In this document: in pieces, positions 12,425-26,761 of the stretch
Position numbering within the stretch: the stretch's first letter is position 1
Layout of the letters: every line of letters starts with the position of its first letter
Assembly: GCA_951406725.2 (NCBI GenBank)
Contig: OX597814.1
Span: 201,686,001-201,750,000 of the forward strand
Direction: 5' to 3'
DNA: 64,000 bases
From: Octopus vulgaris
Lineage: Eukaryota
The notes under the pieces: generated by a model
Told to the model about the DNA's origin: nothing
Seen by the model: only the letters and a program-made list of their open reading frames with translations
Databases searched by the model: none
Translations under genes and position numbers: made by a program

Positions 12425-12730
12425 AAGCATGGCTTTGTGGTTAGGGCTTTTATCTCACGATTGCAAAGTCGTGAGTTCAGTTTCCAGCGACGCGTTGTGT
12501 CCTTGAGCAAGACACTTTATTTCCCGTTGCTCCAATCCACTCAACTGGCAAAAATGAGCAATACCTGTATTCCAAAGGGCCGGCCTTGTCATACTTTGTG
12601 TCATGCTGAATCTCTCTGATAACTACGTTAGGGGTTCAAGTGTCTGTGGAGTGCTCAGCCACTTGCATGTTAATTTCACGAGCAAGCTGTTCTGTTGATC
12701 GTATCAGCTGCGATCCTTACTGCAGCAACC
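12425..12730 (+). mobile_element. tRNA-derived SINE, distinct family with CORE-like segment
   Basis: A/B-box-like head followed by gttgtgtccttgagcaagacacttta; 3' part recurs at ~25345-25440. Confidence 0.7.
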
Positions 12731-12731
12731 C

Positions 12732-12970
12732 TTCCTCCTCCTCCTCCTCCTCCTCCTCCTCCTCCTACTACTACTACTACTACTACTGCTACTACTCCTA
12801 CTACAACTACTACTCTTACTGCTACTACTACTACTATTACTACTGCTACTGCTACTACTACTCCTACTACAATTACTACTCTTACTGCTACTACTACTAC
12901 TACTACTGTTACTACTAATACAACTCCTACTACTACTACTAATAATAATAATACTAACACCACCACCACC

Positions 12971-13038
<68 letters not shown>

Positions 13039-13059
13039 CACTACTACTACTACTACTAC
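12732..13059. repeat. Compound (CCT)n/(TAC)n/(CAC)n microsatellite
   Basis: Seen directly. Confidence 0.95.
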
Positions 13060-13939
13060 AGATGCACACAGATATTCCATCTCCTAAATTCCACACCAAA
13101 GTTCTTCTTAGTCAGTCTGTGGTTGTAGCAGAAAAAAAAAACCCTTTTTCTGAAGATGCAGCATAGACTGATCAGAGTGTGAACCACTTGTTTGTGCTGG
13201 CAATTTCATTGTGCTGAGTGAACGATGCTGCAACATCACCATAGAAACAAAACACCTGAGTATTAATGGAACATGAAGTGAATGTAATGTGCTTCAAAAA
13301 GCGCATGAACACGGACATGAAAGAGGAGATTAATATATCATAAAATTCAAATTATTGCTGTGATAATTCATCTCTGTAATAAATTAGCAACATGAAATAA
13401 ATCACTGGTTTAATGATTTCTGTGTCATTTCCTCTTGTTAGCATTTCATAAACACAGTTACTTACACACACTCATGGATATATCTTACATCATCATCATC
13501 ATCATTGTTTAAAGTCCGCTTTCCATGCTAGCATGTGTTAGACAGTTTGACTGAGGACTGGCGAACCAGATGGCTGCACCAGCCTCCAATCTGATCTGGC
13601 AGAGTTTCTACAGCTGGATGCCCTTCCTAATGCCAACCACTCTGAGTATGTAGTGGTTGCTTTTATGTGCCACAAGCACGAGGGCTAGTCAGGCGCTTCT
13701 GGCAACAACTATGCCCAAAAGGTGTTTTTTCGTGCCACCTGCATGGGATCCAATCCGGCAGCACTGGGAATGACCTCGCACAAATGTTGTTTTTCACATG
13801 CCACCGGCACAAGTGCCAGTAAGGCAACATACATAAATACATAGATCCATACAGTCATATAAGTATATATGCATGCATACATATATAATGTATGTATACA
13901 TAGATGTGTGTGTGTGCATGTATACACACACACACACAT

Positions 13940-13984
<45 letters not shown>

Positions 13985-14369
13985 CATACACACACGCACA
14001 CACACATACACATATGACAGGCTCTTTCAGTTTTCATCTACTAAATCCACTCTCAAAGCTTTGGTTGGCCTGAGGCTTTAATAGAAGATACTTGCCCAAG
14101 GTGGGATTGAGACTGGAACCATGTGGTTGGTAAGCAAGCTTCTTACCATATAGTCATGCCTGCACCTATATATGTATGCATGTATTTTTTGAGCAGTAAT
14201 AATATAGTTGTTGGTTATGGCTGGTCAGTGAGTTACCATTGGTTTCACACCTAAAATACTCTTAGTAATATCAGTAACTTGTTGGAGCAGCTGGGCAACA
14301 GATCTCATGAGGCACCTACATCGCTAAAAGCATTTAGGTGTGAAATGGATGGTAACACTGATCAGCCTG

Positions 14370-14632
14370 ACATCAATTTTAAAATTCATCCAAGACTTGA
14401 CCTCCGTGCTATCTGCCAACTACAAAAGTTGAACTTAAGATCATAACCACATTACGTCACAACTCCTTTACCTCAATGGGTCCAGCTCTCTTTAATACCA
14501 TACCAAAATATGTTGAAATGGAAATGGATCCCATAAGATTCAAAAGTTCACTGGACAAATTTCTTCAAAAAATCCCAGACCAACCTCGTACAACTGGATA
14601 TATCTCCAACAATAATAACTCTTTACTGGAAT
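14370..14632 (+). mobile_element. CR1-clade LINE ORF2 C-terminal fragment
   Basis: HNSFTSMGPALFNTIPK...FKSSLDKFLQKIPDQPRTTGY...NSL, the typical end of invertebrate CR1 ORF2. Confidence 0.75.
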
Positions 14633-14833
14633 GTGAGAAAATTTGTGAAATGGTACAAAAAAATTTTCTTGTCCATATTTGACATGTGTGTTGTGAAGGC
14701 TCATTTGATTTGGCAGATGATTGGCTGTGTGGAGGATGGATTGACATTTAGGAATCTATTATTTCATGAAATCATAGAAGTATCAGACCTGCTAAAGTAC
14801 AGAACATGAGGACATCCCAACGCCGGACTCTCT

Positions 14834-15034
14834 CCTCACCGCATGGTGAAGGGATATGAACATTTTCCACAACTGTTTCCCTCCATCGCCAAGAAGACAA
14901 ATGCTTCAAAGAGATGCACAGTGTTTAAAGCAAAAGGGAAATGTAAGGAAACTTGATTCCATTGTTCATGATGTGATATACCACTGTGTGTGGTGCCCTG
15001 TTTTGAACTCCACCACACTAATGTCAATTTTTGA
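14834..15034 (+). pseudogene. piggyBac transposase C-terminal cysteine-rich domain relic
   Basis: HFPQLFPSIAKKTNASKRCTVF...KET*FHCS*CDIPLCVVPCFELHH matches the piggyBac CRD pattern; two in-frame stops. Confidence 0.8.
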
Positions 15035-15830
15035 ATTCACGTGATTGTAAATACATGAAGTTGATCTGACCTGTGCTGTCGAGAGTTGAGGCAAATAAAC
15101 AGGACTTGGCCGTTGCCAGCCTCGTCTGGCGCCCTTGCTGGTGGCACATAAAAAGCACCATCCGGTCGTGGCCGTTTGCCAGCCTCGTCTGGTACCTGTG
15201 CAGGTGGCACGTAAAAAGCACCCACTACACTCACGGAGTGGTTGGCATTAGGAAGGGCATCCAGCTGTAGAAACACTGCCAGATCAGACTGGGCCTGGTG
15301 CAGCCTTCTGGCTTCCCAGACCCCAGTTGAACTGTCCAACCCATGCTAGCATGGAAAACGGACGTTAAACAATGCTGATGATGATGATGCTTGCATTAAG
15401 GCGGTTGATGTAAATATACCCCAAACGTCATCTCGCACTAAATGCTGACTTCAATATGTTCGATTACCATTACCGTGCTCAGGCAATTGAATGAATCACA
15501 GCTATAAACTGGTTAAAGCGGTTGATGTATATATACTCTGAACCATCATCTTGCACTAATTGCTGATCTTAGCTGAGATGATCACCATCAAGGCAAAATA
15601 GTTGCTTGATAAAAAAATTTTTTAAATTGTTGTGATGGGATTAACATCATACCAAGATACATAAGAGAAGAAGATGATTTCATAACATTCAAATAATTCT
15701 TCTATGAATATCTCCAACCAATTCCAGATAAACCACCTATACCTAGATGCATCTCTGCAAACAATGACTTTTCACTTGAATGAGTTATGGAGCTCAAAAA
15801 ATGACTTGTATTATGAAACACCCTCTAATG

Positions 15831-16477
15831 CAACATTTTCCAAACTTTGCTTCCGATGCCCCACTTAATAATAACAAATTTTCTGGTGCCCCACTTTTTA
15901 ATAACAGGTTTTCCAATGTTTTGCTTTTTAATAACAAAAACTCGGGTGCCTATCAGCATTGTTTATTTAATATAGAAACACTTTTTTAATTCAGTTATCT
16001 CTGGCTGACGGATACCTCAACTCATTTAGTGAGAACCCTGTGCCTGGTGCATACGGCACAGATCCTTGATTTGAGGAGACAATTTTGTTAACTTCAGTTG
16101 TACATCATGATGTTTAGTAATTTCAAGTTGGTTTCTCTTGGCTTCCAGCAAATTGTCAACTGCACTGAATCCCCATTTGACCAAATAAGACAAAGGAACA
16201 TGAATTAATAATTCTCTTGGACAAGAGATATTGAAACCAAGAAACAAATGCCTAACAAATGCAAATACCTCATTTGGAATGCTGATTGGTCGTAACTACC
16301 TTGATTCCCATGGTTTAAGTATAGATGCTGCATGGTGGTGTATTTCTTTCATGTCAATGTCTAAAGAGAGGCTTAGGGTCGACAAGTGTGCACTCAAGCC
16401 ACTTGCAAACATTTTCACAGCCCATGCTAACACATGCTCCACCCCAATTTTCCCATGCCCCACGTTGGGAAACACTT
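15831..16477 (-). mobile_element. Internally deleted hAT (Buster/Charlie-type) transposon
   Basis: ORF 16026-16247 SYLVKWGFSAV...KRNQLEI...HQAQGSH* is a Buster-type C-terminus. TIR-like ends caacattttccaaac / gttgggaaacactt; 8-bp TSD ctctaatg / ctcaaatg (7/8 match). Confidence 0.85.
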
Positions 16478-16563
16478 CTCAAATGTCTTTTCCAAGTGGT
16501 GCTATTTTGTAATGACTCAGGCCAGTTCTGGCTGAAATTTAACTAAGTGTATATATACATACA

Positions 16564-16599
<36 letters not shown>

Positions 16600-16902
16600 T
16601 ATGTATATTTTTATATATATATATACATACATGTTGTATATATATATGTGTGTGTGTTTGTCTCCCCATCATCACTTAACAATCAATGCAGGTGTGTTTA
16701 TATCCCCATAACTTAGTGGTTCAGCAAAAGAAACCAATAGAATAAGTACTAGGCTTACAGAGAATGAGTTCTGGGGTCGACTTGTTTGACTAAAGGTGGT
16801 GCTCCAGCATGGCCGCAGTCAAATGACTGAAACAAACAAAAGAGTAAAAGAGTACACATACAGATAAATGTGTGTGTTTGCTTGCACATGTGTGCATGTG
16901 TG

Positions 16903-16937
<35 letters not shown>

Positions 16938-18609
16938 GTAATTTATTGTGCTGTTAAGATATTGTCAAGAAAAAAACTTTTCCATCTAGTGGGAGATAAA
17001 TATCATTGAATGTGCACAATTTGAAGGTACAAGCAAGGTACAATGGTTTCTTGCATTAGAAACCCTGGTCTAGGCAGGTTTTTACTACATGCCTTGTCTC
17101 TCCATGCAATCTTGAGGCTCTGAAGATTTGCATGGAAACTGAAATCTGCAGAGGCCTTAATCTCTAATACAAGAAATCATTAGCAGCTCAAACCATTATA
17201 CAGTGTACATTGCATGAGGTGTGTGCGTGTGTGTGTGTGTGTATGTTTATATGCATAGACATACATACAGACACATACATACACACACACACACATACTA
17301 CTTATGTAATCATTCTGAGTGTATCACACATCCTCTAACTTCATTTAAAATATCATATTACAATTTTCTGTCAATGGATATTTTCTGTCCCCCTCTTAGC
17401 ACCAACCACAACCACTCTTCATGACTTCGTTAACAATTGCATCCCCTACACATCCATTCCACCCCCACCCCAAAAAAACCCTAGAAACTCATGATCCGTG
17501 ACAGGAATAATCCAAATCTCATTGATTTACGCAGGTCTGTCAAGCATTTCTTACCATTCAGTAACTTCCCGTGGATGCAGGATAAATCACCAACGAGAAA
17601 ATATCCTTGACGTAGAAACAGTTTGAGCAGAAACGCTTGTGATTGTACAATGGAATATTAAGTGGATTCTTCAAACATTAGGAAAACTTTAATAATAAAA
17701 TAAAGTGGACACATCAAGTATATATATGTGTGTGCGTGTGTGTGTGTGTGTGCGTGTGTGTGCGTGTGCGTGTGTGTGTGTTATGTATATATATGTGTAT
17801 GTGTGTATGCATTATGTATATATATGTGTGTGTGTGTTATGTATATACATATATATATGTATGTGTATGTGTGAGTTATGTATATATATATATATATATA
17901 TGATGATATATATATATGATGATGATATATATATATATATATATACACATACATATATATATGTGTGTGTGTGTATATATATATATATCTGCTTATGCTT
18001 CATATGATTAGAAACATTAAATTCTCTATGTATATATATATATACACACACACACATATATGTGTATGTATATATATATATGAATATATATATACATACA
18101 CACATACACACATGCATGTACGCATGTGCATGCACACACACACACACATACATACACAACCACACAAAGTTACATATATAATACATACAAAACTTTGAAT
18201 GAAGACACAAAGAAACTAGGGGGCGGGGAGGTGCCTAAAAAGGCAAGTTTGCCAGAAATTTCATTGAAGAACATGGATGAATTGAATTAAGGGAATAATA
18301 GTTTCTAAAAAAAAAATCCTTTCAATAAAATGGTAAAAGTAATGGAAGTCCCAAAGAGTAAATAAAATATGAGGAATAAGTTATTTTCAAGACAAAAAAA
18401 GGTGGAATGTATGGTTTAAATTTGGATAACATGTTCATACCATTTTAATGGGAAATGTCAAGTCGAGGAAAGAATGATTCCACTATTCGTAGCTGAAGTA
18501 ATTTTGTGGAAGAAATATTGCTCAATTTAGAAAAAATTGATATGAAAAGTCTATAAAATTTAGTTTAATCTCAGGTATCCATTATATATTACCAATAATC
18601 TCTCTATTA

Positions 18610-19024
18610 TAATAATACCAAAAAGGTAATCTTGATCTCAAACTAAATGTGGATGTTGCGTTAGAACATACAGTACTGTGTTATTTACCTTGAGAGAACC
18701 TTTCATAAAGGCTTGTGGGGCTTAAAAGCATGTGTAATTATTTGTTGACAGAAAATAATTATTTGCTATGACTACCAGTACTGCCAGATCCCATGATTTC
18801 ACCCTGCTATGGGTTCCTCAGTGACAGATGTCCAGCAGAAGCACAACAATCAAATATCCAGTCAACAATATAAAAAGATCTCAGTGTCTATTCGAGCACT
18901 GATGTCACAAATAGCCAAGGGGCTTATTAAAAAATTACTAATAGTGACAGAAACAGTAATAATAACAGAAGGTAATCTTGATCTGTAACTTAACATGGAT
19001 GTTGTGTTAGAACACACAATACTG
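18610..19024 (-). mobile_element. Retrozyme-like element family 1: ~346-bp non-coding monomer with ~68-bp terminal redundancy and one HHR
   Basis: Direct repeats at 18610-18678 and 18958-19024 (ggtaatcttgatct at 18625 and 18971); internal HHR; homologous copy at 4385-4674. Confidence 0.7.
18781..18827 (-). ncRNA. Type I hammerhead ribozyme with canonical core
   Basis: RNA: CUGUCA-CUGAGGA-ACCC-auagca-GGGU-GAA-AUC-augg-GAU-C^UGGCAG. All core nucleotides are present; AUC site, predicted cut between 18787 and 18786. Confidence 0.85.
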
Positions 19025-20671
19025 CATGTGAAGCTAGGAGTGTGCATTAAAGAACCTTTGAAAGGGGACCCATTGTGTACACCTTGCAGATAAAGATATC
19101 ATTATTGATAAGGAAAAAGGTGCATATATGTAGGAATACAGAGATGTTGGGATGCATTTTAGGGCTGAGAAAAATGTCTGAACATTGTAGGACTGGAAGG
19201 AATCTTTATTATACAACTGGGTGAAGAACAGAACATTTCAGAACTGGAAGAAAGGGGTGCACTTGTAGATGTGGGAAGAGTGCATGGGAATTTTAGGGAT
19301 GGGAGCAGGGGACTCACCTTATATAACACAAAGAAGAAATTATTATAGTATTAGGGAAAGGGGGAAATATTTAGGACTGGGAAGAGAAGTATGTATATTG
19401 TAGAACTAGAAGGGACCCACCATATATAGAACTGGAAAATGAAAAGGCTACTAATGGATTGGGAGAAGGGGAGTCACTTTTGAGATTGGAAGAGTGGATG
19501 TGCATTGTAACTAGTATGCTGTGGCGCGCTGGTGTGCCATGAGATGATGCTAGGTGTGCCACAGTGTAACCTGGATATAATTCTTTTCCTTGCAATTATA
19601 TTCTTAGTTTAGGTGTGTCACTGAATTTTGAGAAGAATTTAAGAATGAAGTGGAAAAAATGGGTGCAGAGCACTGCATTATATGACCAGGGGAAAGGCAG
19701 CGAATTGGCAGAATCATTAGCATGTTGGACGAAATGCTTAGGGTTATTTCATCTGTCACTACGTTTTGAGTTCAAATTCCGCTGAGGTCGACTTTGCCTT
19801 TCATCATTTTGGGGTTGATAAATTAAGTACCAGTGAAATACTGGGGTCAATGTAATCGGCTTAATCCCTTACCCCAAAATTTCAAGGTCTTTTGCCTTCA
19901 GTAGAAAGGATTATATGAGCAAAGGAAGGGGACTCATCTTTCACAAGTGGAAGAAGGGAACATGATCAGACTTATTAGAATGAGAGAATAGGGTGCTCTT
20001 CTCAAGGTGACAAAAGAAGGGGATTGACCTTGGAAGGAGAAGATAATATTTGTGAGAGTAGAATGCACATGCAAGATTGAGAAAAGTGGGGTAAAGATTA
20101 TTGAAATAGGGCAAGGGGACCCATATTATACACCTCAAAGCTGAAAATATTTTATGACTAGATAAATGGGTTGTACTTCTAGGAGGTTTGCGGCTATAGT
20201 AGAAGACACTTGCCCAAAATGACATGCAGTGGGACTGAACCCAGAAACCATGTGGTTGGTAAACAAGCTACTTACCACACAGCCACTCCTGCACCTATTT
20301 ATATATGTATATACACACACACATACACACACACACACACACGCACACACACACACATATATATCTATATATATATATACACTTTTTATCTTATATTAAA
20401 CTTTTTAATACTTTTTGATAGTTATATATATTTATAATTTTAAAAAAAATTTAAATAATAATAAAAATTAAAATAATAAAATATATATATATATATATAA
20501 ATTTATAAATACAAATTAATAATTTAAAAAATTTTTTAAATTTAAATAATTTAAATTTTGAATTTTATATTTTATATATTTGTATATTATATTAATTAAT
20601 TTTATTTCTATGTTTTGGTTTATGTTTTTCACTGTTTGATTTGCCTAATAGTGGTTTTATCTCTAATTTAA

Positions 20672-20710
<39 letters not shown>

Positions 20711-22669
20711 AATGGGTTCCTCTCAGTTTCTGTCTACCAAATCCACTCACAAGGCTTTGGTTGGTACGAGGCTATAGTAGAAGACACTTGCCCAAGGTGC
20801 CACACAGTGGGACTGAACCCAGAACCATGTAGTTGGTAAATAAGCTACTTACCACACAGCCATGTCTGTGCCTATATTCATAGAAATTCGTCACCTTTTC
20901 AAAAGTCATGATTGAAAGTCAGAATATGAATAAAAATGCCATAAATTAATCAATCGTGTCAAACTGAATTTATGATTGAAGAACTGAACGACATGATGGA
21001 CTCAGAGTACAAGATTTATAGTTTGTCATACTCACAATCACATTCAATTTGGCGCTCTCCGTATATTTCAATGACTTATAATATTTCTTTGAATATATTT
21101 GGTAATGATATATAATCAAGTCAGAGACCAAAGAAGAGAACTAAGAATTCTGTGATGCTTATCTCAGAGTAAGAATTAGCAGGTACTTCCTTCGGTTTTG
21201 ATCTTGTCAATTAGCCAAAAATTTCCAATTCAATTTATGGGAAAAAGTTTGAACAAAGGTAAAGAGGAATCGAAAACTTACCCAAAGTCTTCTTTTTTTT
21301 TATATTTCTTTTGGTTTATTTTTTGGTGTGTGTGTGTGTGTGGTGGGGGGTGTCTATTTTCATCCGTAAGAAAATCAGGAAAAAATTGATAGTGTCTGTT
21401 GATTTTCAAAAGAAAGTTTTCTTAATTAATATCAGCCTGCAGAAAGGCCATGAGACGAGGTAAAATAGTCTGTTGAATATAGAATTGTGCATTAATTCAT
21501 TGATCAGCAGCGTTCTATGGATTCTGCCTTCGAATGAAAAGAATGGTTTCTCTGTTCAGTTATTTTAGTCTCAAAGGGTGGAACTACCAGAATCATCAAT
21601 TTAACTGATAAATAAGCATATGGCTGGTACCGAAATACTAAAAGTTTTATCATTTCACACGGTATGAGTGAAGAAAAAGTGTTTTATATATATATATTCT
21701 ATTCAAATGATATTCTATTGGTTAATCTATTGGCCAAGCTGATTGGTTCATTGGGGTCACTGCTTTATGTCCTTGTGAAAGACACTTAATTCAATGTACA
21801 ACACTTAACTAATGAACGAGAATAGGTAACAGAAGCAAGATGGTAAGTTCACTTAGGATAGGTCAATATCCTATCTGTGTGCGAAGATCTTGTGTTTCTT
21901 GTATCCATAAAAGTTTGAAAACTAGACGAAATTTATTACGTTTATGAGTCATTGTGACTCGAGAAAAGATTTAGTTAACAAATCAAAACTGAAAATATCA
22001 CAGAATATGTTTAATGTATGTGTACAACCTCCTTCATATTGGTCAGCTTGTAATTCGCTTTACTTTGTCTTTTTTCTCTATGCTTAGATAAGATGGCGAA
22101 ACGAATAAATAGTAGTAGTAGTAGTAGCAGCAGCAGCAGTAGCAGTGTACTCATGCTTGCTTGCAGGACAAGAGTCCAAATCTAGTATTATTATTTTATT
22201 CTTTTATTCTTTTAATTGTTGCAGTCATTTGATTGTTGCCATGCTGGAGCACCGCCTTTACTCGAGCAAATCAACATCAGGACTTATTCTTTGTAAACCT
22301 AGTACTTATTCTATCGCTCTCTTTTGCTAAATGGCTAAGTGACAGAGACATAAACACACCAGCATCAGTTGTCAAGTGATGTTGGGGGACAAACACAAAC
22401 ATATACACACACATACATACATACATACATACATACATAAATACATATGTATATATATATATTTATATATACGACGGGCTTCTTTCAGTTTCCGTCTACC
22501 AAATCCACTCACAAGGCTTTGGTTAGCCCGAGGCTATAGTAGAAGGCACTTGCGCAAGGTAACATGCAGTGGGACTGAACCCAGAATCATGTGGTTGGTA
22601 AGCAAGCTACTTACCACACAGCCACTCCTATGCCTTTCAGGTCTTGTGACTATAGTAGAAAGGATTATT

Positions 22670-22952
22670 ATTTCTCTTTATTACAGGTTTTGTTGGAACT
22701 CCTGGGGTTTTGCATGCATAGCAGGCTTGCTACCTGCAGCCTATGGTACCATGCTATCTGTTCTTTTCAGCAATCTAATACTTTCCTGATTATTCCGGCT
22801 GTGCCAAGGAGGTAAACCTTTTGCTACAGTTCTACTGGAGACTCTTTTCTGATTTGCTCGATATTGCTTTTGATGCCTTCTGGTACCATCCCCAAGAATA
22901 ATTGGCACTATCTTCACCTTCTTCATTTTCCATAGCTAGGCTACTTTGTACA
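22670..22952 (-). mobile_element. R4/Dong-clade LINE 3' fragment next to (TAA)n
   Basis: WKMKKVKIVPIILG followed by a decayed LGTAxIIRKVL motif; a short duplicate of its 3' end lies at ~23295-23355. Confidence 0.7.
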
Positions 22953-22986
<34 letters not shown>

Positions 22987-23248
22987 GGAAAGGCAGTGAG
23001 CTGGCAGAAAAGGCGGTGCAATGGCAGAAATGTTAGCATACCAAGCGAAATGCTTCGAGATATTTCATCTGTCTTTATGTTCTGAGTTCAAATTCCACTG
23101 AGATTGATTATTCCTTTCATCCTTTCAGGGTTGATAAATTAAGTACCAGTTGTGTACTGGGGGTTGCTCTAATCAACTGGATCACCCCTCCCCCCAAATT
23201 TCAGGCCTTGTGCCTAGAGTAGAAAAGATTATTATTATTGTTGCTATT

Positions 23249-23290
<42 letters not shown>

Positions 23291-23355
23291 ATTATTATCT
23301 CTTTATCACAGATTTTGTTGGAGCTCCTGGAGTATTGTATGCATAGCAGGCTTAC

Positions 23356-23386
<31 letters not shown>

Positions 23387-23865
23387 TCTACTCTTTTCCT
23401 CCTTCTCCCCTCTTCCTCCTCCTCCTCCTCCTCCTCATCATCATCATCATCATCATCAGCAGCAGCAACAGCAGCAGCCTATATTCTCATTTTTATACAC
23501 AGTTATTAGGCATTGTAATTCTAATAGGTTTTACAAATTCCAAGATACCTCTTTCTTCGCATACTCTGTTTCATTCTTTGGCCTCTTAGCAACAACTTTC
23601 AATCCCAGATTAGGTTTAGACATTTTACAAGAACGATTCCTAACCTTTTAACAGAGCAAAACATTTTGACAAATCAATAATATTCTATGATCTTTTTTTT
23701 CCCAAATATTTATATATTTATATAGAAAAATCAATTTTCTAAAAATTTAATACTTTCATATTTGATAGTTTTCTGGAGGAAAGATTTCCCAATTTGTTTA
23801 TAGTAAAATGCTGTGTTTCACACATATGTGTTGTGTTTATAAATGTGTGTGTGAGTGTGTGTATG

Positions 23866-23907
<42 letters not shown>

Positions 23908-23909
23908 TA

Positions 23910-23947
<38 letters not shown>

Positions 23948-24169
23948 TTTATATATATATATATATTTATATGTATATAGACATATATATATATATATGC
24001 ACACACACCTACATGTATATGTATATAAAAAATATACACACACACATTATGTATGTATGATTGTGTGTGTATATGTGTGTATATATGCATATATATACAT
24101 ATATATATGTGCATGTACGTGTGTATACCCAAGCCAGCATGGAAAATGAATGTTAAATGAGGATGATGG

Positions 24170-24216
<47 letters not shown>

Positions 24217-26120
24217 TGTATATTTATGTGTGCATATGTATACGTGTGTGTATATATCTAGATATATATATATATATGTATGTATATATCTGGATATATA
24301 TATATATATATATGCATATGTATATATTCTTATATGAATCAACTGTTTGTATATATATATATATATACATATATTGCTATTATGTAGATCGTCTGAGTTA
24401 CATCATCAATTCACTTTGTAACGGAACAGAGCACACCAACAATGATCTCATCTGATTCCTAATATTTCTCCGCTTCATCTCAGTTCGTTATCATGTAGAC
24501 AGAGAAGATAAACATTTCAACTGTTAACGAATCTGTTTAAAGTAACACTAGACAATATTTATAGCGAAAATTTTGTCTGTCCTGTAAATATCACAATTTA
24601 TACAGAGTCTTGACATCGTTCAGGATTTCATTGTGTATATATTAGTTCTAGTGAGATAAAACAAGCAGCTTCTGGTATTAGATGCTATGCTAATGAAATT
24701 CTCGGCAAGTGGTGTCATCGCTGTGGTCATCGTCGTCGTCATTGCATCATCATCATCTTTGTTGTCGTCGTTGTCATTGTCATCATCATCATCATCATCG
24801 TCATCACTGCAATCATCATCAAGTCATCATCGTCCTCCTCCTCCTCATCATCATCATCACCACCACCACCAACACCACCACCACCACCACCACCATCATC
24901 ATCATCACCACCACCACCACCAACACCATCACCATCATCATCACCACCACCAACACCATTATCATCATCATCGTCATCACTGTCATGATCACCACCACCA
25001 CCACCACCACCATTATCATCATCACCACCACCACCACCACCACCACCATTATCATCATCGTCTTTATCACTGCCATCATCACCACCACTACTATCAGCAC
25101 CAGCATCACAATTGTCACCACCACCATCATCATCACTGGATGAAATGCTTATCGGTATTTTGTCTGTCTTTACGTTCTGAGTTCATATTCCACCAAGGTC
25201 GACTTTGCCTGTCATCCTTTTGGGGTCGATTAAATAAGTACCAGTTACGCACTGGGGTTGATATAATCGACTTAATCCGTTTGTCTGTCCTTGTTTGTCC
25301 CCTCTGTGTTTAGTCCCTTGTGGGTAGTAAAGAAATAGGTATTTGTGTCTGTGGAGTACTCAGCCACTTGCACGTTAACTTCACGAGCAATCTATTCTGT
25401 TGATTGGTTGAATTGTAACTTTTGTCATCATAACCGAATGAGTGCCAATAATTGTTTCAAATATATATACCCAAGGGTGCTGGCAGAATCATTAGTGTGC
25501 CGGGCAAAATGCTTAGCTGTATTTCATTTCCCGTTATATTCTGAATTCAAATCCCACTGAAGTCGACTTTGTCTTTCATACTTTCGGGGTCAATTAAATA
25601 AATACCAGTTGTGCTGGGTTGATGTAATTGACTTAATCTCTTTGTCTGTCATTGTTTGTCCCCTCTATTTTCAGCCTGCTGTGGGCAATAAAGAAATAAA
25701 TATATGTATATATATATGGCAAAGGGTGGCAAGCTGGTGTGTTGTCTGCCGTTACATTCTGAGTTCAAATTCTGCACAGGTCGACTTTGCCTTTCATCTT
25801 TCGGGGTTGTTTAAATAAGTACCACTTACGCACTGGGGTTGACATAATCGACTTAATCTCTTTGTCTGTCCTTGTTTGTCCCCTCTGTTTAGCCACCTGT
25901 GGGCAATAGAAAAATGATAATTGTTTCAGATATAGGGACAAAGCCCAAAATTTAGATGGCATGAAAAGTTGATTACATCAACCCTAGTACTTGACTGGTA
26001 CTGTATTTCATTAATCCAAGAAGGAAAAAAACCCCAAATCAACCTTGGTGGAATTGAAACTCAGAACATGAGGTTGTGGAAGAAATGCTATGAAAGTATT
26101 TGTCCAGCTTACCATTTTCT

Positions 26121-26761
26121 TTAATCCTTCTGTTACAATATTTCTGTTGAGATGCTCTGTATTTCTTTCAATTAATTTTAAATATAACAAAGAATTTTGT
26201 AAAATAACTTAGTTATCATTATGACATTTGTACTAGAGTCAGAGGCAGTTTCAGCTAGGTATCAAAAGGGTTGAATTAATCATTTGTTAACCCTTTTTTC
26301 ACCATATTTCTGTTGAGATGCTCTGTGTTTCTTTCAATTAATTTTAAATATAACAAAGAATTTAGTAAAATAACTTAGTTTTCATTAAGCTAGTGTTAGG
26401 ACCATAAATTATGACTAAGGCTTGGTAGAAAGGTTCTAATTCAGGACATTTGAAAACAAGAGATTTGTGCTACAGAGCCAGACACAGTTACAACCAGCTT
26501 GGTATTGAAAGGGTCATTTGTAATCATTTGTTAACCCTTTTTTCACCATATTTCTGTTGAGATGCTCTGTGTTTCTTTCAATTAATTTTAAATATAACAA
26601 AGAATTTAGTAAAATAACTTAGTTTTCATTAAGCTAGTGTTAGGACCATAAATTATGACTAAGGCTTGGTAGAAAGGTTCTAATTCAGGACATTTGAAAA
26701 CAAGAGATTTGTGCTACAGAGCCAGACACAGTTACAACCAGCTTGGTATTGAAAGGGTCAA
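26121..26761. mobile_element. Three tandem piggyBac-type MITE units (TTAA-CCCTTT...AAAGGG-TTAA)
   Basis: Units start at 26121 (internally deleted), 26287 and 26531; the last two are near-identical with a 244-bp period. Confidence 0.8.

Noticed and set aside
20380-20680. Almost pure A/T stretch
   Set aside because: Low complexity, possibly low-quality consensus; no structure supportable.
24687-25313. His-rich 208-aa ORF
   Set aside because: (CAT/CAC)n microsatellite running into a SINE B copy.
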